From a bacterium (GTDB lineage: Bacteria; Cyanobacteriota; Sericytochromatia; S15B-MN24; UBA4093), in contig JAGIBK010000005.1 of NCBI GenBank assembly GCA_017744355.1, positions 260,790 to 324,789 of the forward strand: a stretch of DNA of 64,000 nt. Reading direction: 5' to 3'. The notes under the pieces were generated by a model. The model was not told the DNA's origin, made no database searches, and was given only the letters and a program-made list of their open reading frames with translations. Made by a program: the position numbers and the translations under genes. Each line of letters opens with the position of its first letter. Within the stretch, counting starts at the first letter, position 1. This document shows, one piece after another, positions 18,086 to 25,587 of the stretch.

Positions 18086-19510
18086 ATGCAGACCCCTGCA
18101 GTTGCAACGCGCCTGAGCTCAAGGGCTTTCGAGGACCTGTGGGAAGAGGTGACGGATGTTTCCTTGCCCATCACGGGGACGTTGCCCGAAGGCCTGGCCG
18201 GGACCCTGTACAGGGTCGTGCCGACGGCCTTCGACTGGCCGAAGGGGAGCTTCCAGCACTGGTTCGACGGCCACGGTCAGCTCCATGCGATCGCACTCGA
18301 CGGCCGAGGCGGCGCGCGCTACCGCAGCCGCTTCGTTCAGACCGAGGCCCTTGCGCGATCGCAAGCGACAGATCGCCCGGTGGGATGCTTCGGGACCCGG
18401 CCCTCGGGAATGCTGGGCGGGGTGCTCGGCAACGGCTACATGGGCACGGCCAATACCAACGCCCTGCGCCTGGGCGATCGCCTCTACGCCCTGCAAGAGG
18501 GGAGCCGCCCTGTCGCGCTCGACCCCGTCACCCTCGAGACCTTGGGCAGTGAGGATCTGGGGGCCCTCACGGGGGGCGAGGGCTATAGCGCCCATCCCCA
18601 CTGGGACCCCGAGCGCCGCGAGGCGGTCGCGGCCTGCCTCCAGTTCGGCCGCGACCCCAAGGTCATCGTGACGAGCCATGGGGCCGCGGGCAGTCTCGGC
18701 CGCCGCTTCGAGCTGGCGCTTCCCTACATGCCAAGCCTGGTTCACGACTTCGGCCTCTCGGAGCGCCACATCGTCGTCCCGCTCTTCCCACACGTGTTCA
18801 ACCCCTTCAAGTTCCTTGCGGGGATGGCATCCCCCGCCGAGGCCGCGCGCTGGGAGCCCGAGCGGGGCACTTGCGTCCTGGTGACCGATCGCGACGGCGG
18901 GAACCTCCGGCGCTACGAACTGCCTGCCATGTATTCCTTCCATGTGCTCAACTGCTTCGACGAGCAGGACACGGTGGTGCTGGATCTGGTCGCGTTTTCG
19001 AGCGGGGCGATCCTGGATGCGGTCGGTGGGGTCCGGACCCGCGGCTTCTCGGCCTTCGAAGCGGGGCGCCTCGAGCGCCTGCGCCTCTACCGCGACGGCC
19101 GGGTCGCGGCCGAGACGCTGCATCCGGGGACCTTCGAGTTCCCGCGGATCGATCCCAGGCGCCAGGGGAAGGCGCACCGCTATGGCTATTTCGTCTCGAG
19201 CCGCCAGGATGCACCCGAGACTCAGGGGGAGCCGTTCGGAGCGGTTGCGCGCCACGACGCGAAGACCGGCCGGCTGGAGCGCTGGTGCGCGCCTGCGGGG
19301 CATCTGGTCGGCGAGGCGGTCCCTGTCGTCAAGGAGGGGAGGGCGCAAGAAGAGGCCGTCTGGCTCCTGTCGATGGTCTACGACCCCGAGGCCCATCGCA
19401 GTCGCCTGGTGGTGCTCGACGGCGAGGACTTGGCCGGGGGCCCGGTCGCCGAGGCCCTCTTGCCGAACCATCTGCCGCTTGGCTTCCACGGCAACTTTCA
19501 CCGGAGCTGA
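18086..19510 (+). CDS. carotenoid cleavage oxygenase family protein (RPE65/CCO)
   Basis: CCO-like conserved histidine-containing blocks (HWFDGHGQLH, HDFGLSERH, FHVLNCFDE, HGNFHRS). Start set at ATG 18086 after AGGAGG. Confidence 0.9.
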   Translation: MQTPAVATRLSSRAFEDLWEEVTDVSLPITGTLPEGLAGTLYRVVPTAFDWPKGSFQHWFDGHGQLHAIALDGRGGARYRSRFVQTEALARSQATDRPVGCFGTRPSGMLGGVLGNGYMGTANTNALRLGDRLYALQEGSRPVALDPVTLETLGSEDLGALTGGEGYSAHPHWDPERREAVAACLQFGRDPKVIVTSHGAAGSLGRRFELALPYMPSLVHDFGLSERHIVVPLFPHVFNPFKFLAGMASPAEAARWEPERGTCVLVTDRDGGNLRRYELPAMYSFHVLNCFDEQDTVVLDLVAFSSGAILDAVGGVRTRGFSAFEAGRLERLRLYRDGRVAAETLHPGTFEFPRIDPRRQGKAHRYGYFVSSRQDAPETQGEPFGAVARHDAKTGRLERWCAPAGHLVGEAVPVVKEGRAQEEAVWLLSMVYDPEAHRSRLVVLDGEDLAGGPVAEALLPNHLPLGFHGNFHRS

Positions 19511-19519
19511 GGCACGAGC

Positions 19520-19562
19520 GCGGCCCCGGCATCGCCCCGAGTCGGGGCGATGCCGGGGCCGC
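19520..19562. terminator. perfect 21-bp-arm palindrome between convergent genes
   Basis: GCGGCCCCGGCATCGCCCCGA g TCGGGGCGATGCCGGGGCCGC. Confidence 0.55.
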
Positions 19563-19579
19563 GTGATGTTCGGTAGATG

Positions 19580-20941
19580 CTACTTCGAGAAGAGGCGCTG
19601 AGGGTAGACGACCAGCTGGATGAAGTCGTACTCCAGCCCGCCCAGGTCGAAGGCGCTGCCCTTGCCGGTATCGAGCGAGAAGGAGGGGGTCCAGCGCAGG
19701 TTGGTACGCAACAGCCAGGCAGAACTCGGGTCCATGCGGATGTCCCAGCCGGCGATGAGCGAGGGCACCAGGCGCTGGGTGTTCGCGGTCGTCGTGACGC
19801 CGGCGGCCACGTCCTTGAAGGTGCCGGTCTCGTAGCCGAGGCCTGCCCCCACGAACGGCACGAAGCCGTAGAAGTTGGGATCGAACAGCTTGAAGGCCTC
19901 GAGCATCACTCCCGAGCGCGAGGTGTCGAGCTGGGCGCCGTAAGCGGCCGCCTGCCCCGCGAAGCTGCGGTAGGAGAGCCGCAGCTCGGCGTCCAGCGGA
20001 TCGAGACGGTAGCCGAGGGTCATGTGGGGGAAGGTCCCCTCGGTGTAGGTAGCCCCGAGGTAGGGGCGGCGCTCGGAGAAGTAGGTCGAGTCGTTGGCAT
20101 AGAGACGTGCCGAGGGTCCCATGCCCACCGAGAGGGTCGAGGCGCTCCCGTTCGCGCGGCGCTGCGCCACGCGGGCCTCCTCGGCCTCCACGAAGCCGGG
20201 CTCGACCGCAGCGGCCGAGGGGTCGAGGTTGGTCCGGATGCCGACGGTCCATTGGATGCTCGAAAGGTCCAGCCACCGGGTGGTGTAGGCCGGCGCGCGC
20301 TGGGCGAGGTCCTGGGCGACGAGGCCCGAGGCGACTTCCCAGCGATCGCCGAAGGCGTACTGGGCCTGCAGATCCAGGATGCCGCCGGGGAAGCTCCAGC
20401 CGAGGCCCAGCCCGAGCGGCAAGAGGTACTTGGTCTGGGCGCCGGGGTTGGTGGTGGGATCCACCCCGTCCGAAAACGACAGGGCGCGCAGCATCAGACC
20501 CGAGGAGACGAAGGGGCGCACCGTGCCGAGATCAAGCGCCCAGGGGTAGTACTTGAACGAGGTGAGCTGCGCGCTCGAGGCCTTGGCCTGGCGCTCAGCG
20601 CCGGGGGCGCCGATGTCGGCGGCAAAGCGCTGGACCGGGACCCCCACGTAGATCTCGGCGTGGCGGTGGAAGTGCAGCCCGCCAATCGTGAGCATCAGCG
20701 AACTCAGCGGTGCCGGGGCGACCTCCGAGAAGCCGCCGCCAGAGATGCCGAGCGGCCACTGGCTGGCGAGCGGCACCGAGGTGTCGAGGTTCATGCCCAC
20801 CGAGAGGGTGGCGAAGGGGTCCTTGAGGCGCTGGTGCGGGACCCCGCCGTAGCGTAGCGACGGCACCTCGGAAACGGCCAGGGCGGGGGTGGCGAGGAGA
20901 GGAAGCAGGCTTGCGGCGGCGAGGGTGGCGAAGGGGCGCAT
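19580..20941 (-). CDS. outer-membrane beta-barrel protein, hypothetical
   Basis: Signal peptide, then alternating amphipathic beta-strand pattern rich in G/Y/F/W; no specific family recognised. Confidence 0.6.
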   Translation of the reverse strand: MRPFATLAAASLLPLLATPALAVSEVPSLRYGGVPHQRLKDPFATLSVGMNLDTSVPLASQWPLGISGGGFSEVAPAPLSSLMLTIGGLHFHRHAEIYVGVPVQRFAADIGAPGAERQAKASSAQLTSFKYYPWALDLGTVRPFVSSGLMLRALSFSDGVDPTTNPGAQTKYLLPLGLGLGWSFPGGILDLQAQYAFGDRWEVASGLVAQDLAQRAPAYTTRWLDLSSIQWTVGIRTNLDPSAAAVEPGFVEAEEARVAQRRANGSASTLSVGMGPSARLYANDSTYFSERRPYLGATYTEGTFPHMTLGYRLDPLDAELRLSYRSFAGQAAAYGAQLDTSRSGVMLEAFKLFDPNFYGFVPFVGAGLGYETGTFKDVAAGVTTTANTQRLVPSLIAGWDIRMDPSSAWLLRTNLRWTPSFSLDTGKGSAFDLGGLEYDFIQLVVYPQRLFSK

Positions 20942-20955
20942 GGTGGTCCTGAGGG

Positions 20956-22215
20956 TTAGGCGTGGGTGACTTCCGGGATGGAGGCTTCGAACTCGCTCCG
21001 GGCGGGCTTGGCGTCGTCGAAGCCGCCGTCCACGCGGCTGATCACGCAGGCGGCGAGGCTGTTGCCGATGACGTTGACCACGGTGCGCCCCATGTCCATG
21101 AAGCGGTCGACGCCCGCGATGAGGGCGAGGCCTTCCACCGGTAGGCCGGTGCTCGACAGGGTAGCGGCGAGCACGACGAACGAGACGCCCGGCACCCCTG
21201 CGATGCCCTTGGAAGTCAGCATCAGCACCAGTACGATCGAGACGAGCTGGCCGAAGCCCAGGTGCAGGCCGTAGACCTGGGCGATGAAGGCGACGGCGAG
21301 GCCCTGGTAGAGGCTCGAACCATCCAGGTTGAAGGTGTAGCCGGTCGGCACCACGAAGGAGACGATCCCCTTGGGGCAGCCGAAGCGCTCCAGCTTCTGC
21401 ATGATGCGGGGCAGCACCGTCTCCGACGACGCCGTCGAGAAGGCGAGCAGCATCTCGGGGCCGATCAGCTTCAGCAGGCGGAAGAAGGGGATCTTGGCGG
21501 AGTAGGCGATCGCACCGAGTACCACCAGCACGAAGAAGGCCATGGTGATGTAGAGGGTGCCCACCAGCTTGCCCAGGGGGACCAGCACGCCGATCCCGTA
21601 CTTGCCGATGGTGGCGGCGACCAGGCCGAAGACGCCGATGGGGGCGACCTTCATGATCATGTTGGTGAGCTTGAACATGGCGTCCGAGACCCCATGCAGG
21701 AAGTCCACCACCGGCCGGCCCACGGCCCCTGCGCCCGCGAGCGCCACGCCGAAGAGCACCGAGAAGAAGATGATGGGCAAGAGCTCGCCGTTGGCGGCCG
21801 ATTGCAGGATGTTGGTCGGGATGATGTGCAGCAGCATCTGGATCGAGTCGTGATGCTGACTGGTGTACTGCGACACGTCGGTCCGGGCGAGCCCCGAGAT
21901 CGAGACCCCGTGTCCCGGCTTGAAGAGGTAGGCCGACCCCACCCCGAGGACGATGGCCACCGTCGTGACGATCTCGAAGTAAAGCAGCGAGAGGCCGCCG
22001 AGCTTGCCGACCCGCTTGAGGTCGCCGACTCCCGCCACGCCCAGGATCACCGTCGAGAAGACGATGGGCACGACGATCATCTTGATCATGCGGATGAAGG
22101 CGTCGCCCAGAGGTTGGACGCTCACCCCGGCCTGGGGCAGGAAGTGACCGAAGAGGGCACCCGCGATCAACCCCAGCAGGATCTGAACGGCGAGGCCCGG
22201 CAGCTTGAGCTTCAT
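20956..22215 (-). CDS. dicarboxylate/amino acid:cation symporter (DAACS, GltP/DctA family)
   Basis: MKLKLPGLAVQILLGLIAG N-terminus and conserved DAACS blocks; start at ATG 22215 after GGAGAT. Confidence 0.9.
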   Translation of the reverse strand: MKLKLPGLAVQILLGLIAGALFGHFLPQAGVSVQPLGDAFIRMIKMIVVPIVFSTVILGVAGVGDLKRVGKLGGLSLLYFEIVTTVAIVLGVGSAYLFKPGHGVSISGLARTDVSQYTSQHHDSIQMLLHIIPTNILQSAANGELLPIIFFSVLFGVALAGAGAVGRPVVDFLHGVSDAMFKLTNMIMKVAPIGVFGLVAATIGKYGIGVLVPLGKLVGTLYITMAFFVLVVLGAIAYSAKIPFFRLLKLIGPEMLLAFSTASSETVLPRIMQKLERFGCPKGIVSFVVPTGYTFNLDGSSLYQGLAVAFIAQVYGLHLGFGQLVSIVLVLMLTSKGIAGVPGVSFVVLAATLSSTGLPVEGLALIAGVDRFMDMGRTVVNVIGNSLAACVISRVDGGFDDAKPARSEFEASIPEVTHA

Positions 22216-22306
22216 GGCGGTCGGGGATCTCCTACTCAATTAACAGGGAAGGGACCCCGACAAGATAGCTTCCCCGCCCCAAGCCTGTCAACGCGCGGCC
22301 TCTGCT

Positions 22307-23284
22307 ATGATTGCTCATATGAAGACCACATCCGCTCTCGGCCGTCCCACCGATTTGCCCTGTCCCGCTTGCGGCGCCCTGATGCGCACCCAGCCCTACA
22401 CCCGCACCAAGTCCCTCGTCTGGTGTGCCGGCTGCGGCTGGAACCTCGCGGGCAGCGCCAAGTTCCTACGCTCGTCGAATCTGGGCGAGTTTGGCCGCGC
22501 CGCCTGGCTCTTGCCGCTCGCGGTGCCGGTGGCCTTCCTCTTCCATCGCCTGGATCCGTTCGTCGCCTACGGTCTCGATCTGCTGCTCGTGATCGCGGTC
22601 TTCCTGCCGGCCCTCCTGCGGAGCCAGGGCAACTCGAACCTGGCTCGCACCTTCGAGGCGCTCGCGGCCAAGCAGCCCTTCAAGGCGCGCGGCGGTACCT
22701 GGCAAAAGGAGCCCGAACTCGAAGCGCCGATCCCGCGTGCTGCGGGCCTTCGAGGGACCGCTGAGCCGATCAAGGGCTTGCTGATCCTGCTGCGCCTGCT
22801 GTGGGCGGTGGTCTTCATCTCGGGCCTGGTGGCCCTGACGCCCCTTGCTCGCCTGGTGGGCCCTCAGTTGCAGTTCAGCGCGCTCATGCTGCTCGCGCTC
22901 TGCGTGCTGCCCCTGTTCGGGACGATCCTCGGGGTGGTGCTCGCGCTCCTGCGCGATCGCCACCTGGTGGCTTCGGGCTACGTCTGCCAGGGGGAGATTG
23001 CCCTGCAGGCGACCCACCTGCGCCGGGTGAAGGCCGGTGAGTGGACGCTCGTCTCGCGCTACCGCTACCGCTTCACCGACCCCCACGGCACGCCCCGCGA
23101 CGGGGCGGCCCGCGAGGAGGGCCGAGCCACGGTCGAGGGCGCTCCGCTCACGGTGCTCGATTCGCCCCGGGATCCGCGGCTGCACGCGAGCTACCCGGCC
23201 TGTCTCTACCTGGCGACGCCCAGCAGCGCCGCGGCTAACGGCCTTGAGTCCTCGGCGACGGGCAGCACGACGGGTGTACGCTAG
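22307..23284 (+). CDS. membrane protein with N-terminal zinc ribbon and C-terminal DUF3592-like region, hypothetical
   Basis: CPACG...CAGCGW zinc ribbon, four hydrophobic helices, and a C-terminal beta-rich segment. Confidence 0.6.
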   Translation: MIAHMKTTSALGRPTDLPCPACGALMRTQPYTRTKSLVWCAGCGWNLAGSAKFLRSSNLGEFGRAAWLLPLAVPVAFLFHRLDPFVAYGLDLLLVIAVFLPALLRSQGNSNLARTFEALAAKQPFKARGGTWQKEPELEAPIPRAAGLRGTAEPIKGLLILLRLLWAVVFISGLVALTPLARLVGPQLQFSALMLLALCVLPLFGTILGVVLALLRDRHLVASGYVCQGEIALQATHLRRVKAGEWTLVSRYRYRFTDPHGTPRDGAAREEGRATVEGAPLTVLDSPRDPRLHASYPACLYLATPSSAAANGLESSATGSTTGVR

Positions 23285-23383
23285 CCAGCTTGCTCACCTC
23301 TTCGAAACGCCGACGCAATATGCGTGCAAACAGGTAACCTCTGCCTGCATGCTATACTTGGTCCTCTAAGCAAGGAGGTGCCT

Positions 23384-23863
23384 TTGCGTAAATTCGTCGT
23401 CCTGCCCCTGCTGCTCATCGGTCTGGCCCTTCCCGCCACCGCTGCGAGCCAAGCTCCCTCGCTCGCCAAGGACGATCCCGTCGTTCGCTTCATCACCTCG
23501 CACTACGGCCGCGCCAAGGCCGAGCGCTTCGCCCCGCTCATCCACGAGAAGGCCACCAAGCATGGCCACGATCCCCTGCTCATCGCTCGCCTCATCAAGC
23601 TGGAGAGCGATTTCCAGCCCCGCGAGCGCACCGGTGATGCCATGGGCCTGATGCAGATCCGCAAGGGGCACGCTCGCCGCGGCGAGGACCTCTACGATCC
23701 GGCGACCAACCTCGAGTTCGGCTGCCGCCTCTTGGCCGAGTACACCCGGATGTTCGGCGGCGACAAGCACAAGGGCCTGTCGGCCTACCTTCACGGTCCC
23801 ATCTACGTCGCCAACCGCGGCGTGCGGCACACCAAGTACAGCCGCCGCCTGATGGGAGAATGA
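23384..23863 (+). CDS. lytic transglycosylase (SLT domain), secreted
   Basis: TTG start 5 nt after AAGGAGGTG; signal peptide; SLT motifs LIKLESDF, GLMQI, YL.GP. Confidence 0.8.
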   Translation: MRKFVVLPLLLIGLALPATAASQAPSLAKDDPVVRFITSHYGRAKAERFAPLIHEKATKHGHDPLLIARLIKLESDFQPRERTGDAMGLMQIRKGHARRGEDLYDPATNLEFGCRLLAEYTRMFGGDKHKGLSAYLHGPIYVANRGVRHTKYSRRLMGE

Positions 23864-24693
23864 GCGAATCCTTTGAATCGCCCGGAGCCAAGCTCCGGGC
23901 GATCGACTTTAGTCCCCGCACCCTCGGTCTCTTGAGGCCCCTGAGCGGGCCCCTGACCTACCTGGGGCTGCGGGTGGGCGGCCGTGATGTGCCGGTCTAC
24001 GCTTTCTTCGACCACACCTGCCGCGCGATCGCCTACCCCATGCGCTTTGCCGTCACTACCTGCCGCGATTGGCGCGGGGGGCAGCTCACCTACGACAAGC
24101 ACCTGGGCACCGACTTCGTCGTGCCCGTCGGCACCCCCGTCACCGCCGCCGCCGCGGGCGTGGTGCTCGCCGCGCGCCACGAGCCCGTGGGCGGCCACTA
24201 CCTCTGGATCGATCACGGGGGCGGTTACTCCACGGTCTACCAGCATCTGAGCGTGATGCTGGTGCGCGAGGGCCAGAAAGTGGCGCGCGGCGAGCTCATC
24301 GCCAAGTCGGGCGGCACGGGGCTCGCCATCGAGACCTTCTTTCCCCTGGTGCCGCCACACTTGCACTTCGCCCTCTTCATCGACGGAGTGCCCGCCGATC
24401 CTTTCCCCGGCGAGGCCTCGCCAGGCTTCTGGGCGGGTGGGACGGATCCGCGTCCCTATGACTTCGAGGCCGCGCTGGATCTGCCTCTCTCCGAGGAAGG
24501 GATCGCCAAAAGCGACCTGCTGGCGGCTTTCGCCGAGGACGAGTTGCTTGCGACCAACTTCATCCCGCCCCTTCAGGCCCTTGCGCCCGAACGCTTCAGC
24601 CACGGCGGCGACTGGCGCAACCTCTGGGATCGGCCACGATTGGCCATGAGCCTGCCTTTCAGGGCCGAGGACGTCTCACGCCTCGCTTTCTGA
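23860..24693 (+). CDS. M23-family peptidase
   Basis: HLGTDF..G.PV.AAA.G.V, HYLWIDHGGGYSTVYQHL, HLHFAL blocks; overlaps the SLT gene (ATGA). Confidence 0.85.
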   Translation: MSESFESPGAKLRAIDFSPRTLGLLRPLSGPLTYLGLRVGGRDVPVYAFFDHTCRAIAYPMRFAVTTCRDWRGGQLTYDKHLGTDFVVPVGTPVTAAAAGVVLAARHEPVGGHYLWIDHGGGYSTVYQHLSVMLVREGQKVARGELIAKSGGTGLAIETFFPLVPPHLHFALFIDGVPADPFPGEASPGFWAGGTDPRPYDFEAALDLPLSEEGIAKSDLLAAFAEDELLATNFIPPLQALAPERFSHGGDWRNLWDRPRLAMSLPFRAEDVSRLAF

Positions 24694-24725
24694 ACTATAA
24701 CGAATCGTCATTAGTAGGTTAAATC

Positions 24726-24749
24726 GAGCGATCTTGCGCAAGATCGCTC
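24726..24749. promoter_or_regulatory. 24-bp perfect palindrome in an AT-rich intergenic island
   Basis: GAGCGATCTTGC GCAAGATCGCTC, between the M23 stop and the DUF4332 start. Confidence 0.35.
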
Positions 24750-24823
24750 CTGCCATGCGCGATAAACCTATTAAGCAAGTATTAAATCCTTGTCATGAGA
24801 CGATGAAAAGTGAGGTTTTCGAC

Positions 24824-25363
24824 ATGATGCAAGTTCGCTTGGCCCTCGTTGCGATGCTGGCTTTCGGTGCGCTGGCTGGCTGCGGGACCCCCACGGGCTC
24901 GCCGCTGGCGGTAGCCGAGGATGTCGATGCGGAAGCGAATCGCGCCTACACGATCATCGACATGCAGGGCATCGGCCCGGTGTACGCCGCCAAGCTCAAG
25001 GAAGCGGGCCTCAACACCACCGCCAAGTACCTCGATGCGACCAAGAGCCGCAAGGATCGTCAGGTGCTCGCCGACAAGACCGGCATCTCCTACAAGCTGA
25101 TCCTGCGCTGGACTCGCAAGGCGGACCTGATGCGGATCTCGGGCATCGGCGTCAAGCAGGCCGATCTGCTCGAAGCCTGCGGCGTGGCCTCGGTCAAGGA
25201 GCTTGCGCGTCGCAACGCCCGGAACCTGGCCGAGCGCGTCTGGGCGGCCAACAACATCTCGCGTCCCTTCGTCAAGGGCGGCACCCCCACCGAGGCGCGC
25301 ATCGCGGCCTGGATCGAGGCCGCCAAGGTCGTCGTCCAGCAGGTGGACGACGAGCAGCCCTAG
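24824..25363 (+). CDS. DUF4332-domain lipoprotein (HhH-type)
   Basis: RBS AAAGTGAGG; lipobox LAGC; tandem helix-hairpin-helix-like GIGPVYAAKL / ISGIGVKQADLL. Confidence 0.7.
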   Translation: MMQVRLALVAMLAFGALAGCGTPTGSPLAVAEDVDAEANRAYTIIDMQGIGPVYAAKLKEAGLNTTAKYLDATKSRKDRQVLADKTGISYKLILRWTRKADLMRISGIGVKQADLLEACGVASVKELARRNARNLAERVWAANNISRPFVKGGTPTEARIAAWIEAAKVVVQQVDDEQP

Positions 25364-25387
25364 CCTTAAGCGACTCTTCACGAAAGC

Positions 25388-25417
25388 GGCACCCCCGGTC
25401 GGGGGTGCCGTTTTTTT
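25388..25417 (+). terminator. rho-independent terminator
   Basis: GGCACCCCC ggtc GGGGGTGCC followed by TTTTTTT. Confidence 0.8.
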
Positions 25418-25587
25418 GCTGAAAACTTATGTCGTTTGTTTGTCACATGACGTTACGGAATTGTGACGCATGTCGGGACGATGGTCCCAACTCGTAAGGA
25501 GCAAGGGGGGGTATTTTCGCTGTGGGCGCTGGATTCAGCTCCCTCAGTCGAGCCGCCGCGTCGCTTTTTCACGAGTGGAGAGCATGC

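Noticed and set aside
25522-25587. Upstream in-frame extensions of gene A1 (GTG 25522) and of B1 (ATG 32941)
   Set aside because: Both paralogs share the MSEPK start preceded by GGAGAG, and the extensions are not conserved between copies. The shorter starts were chosen.
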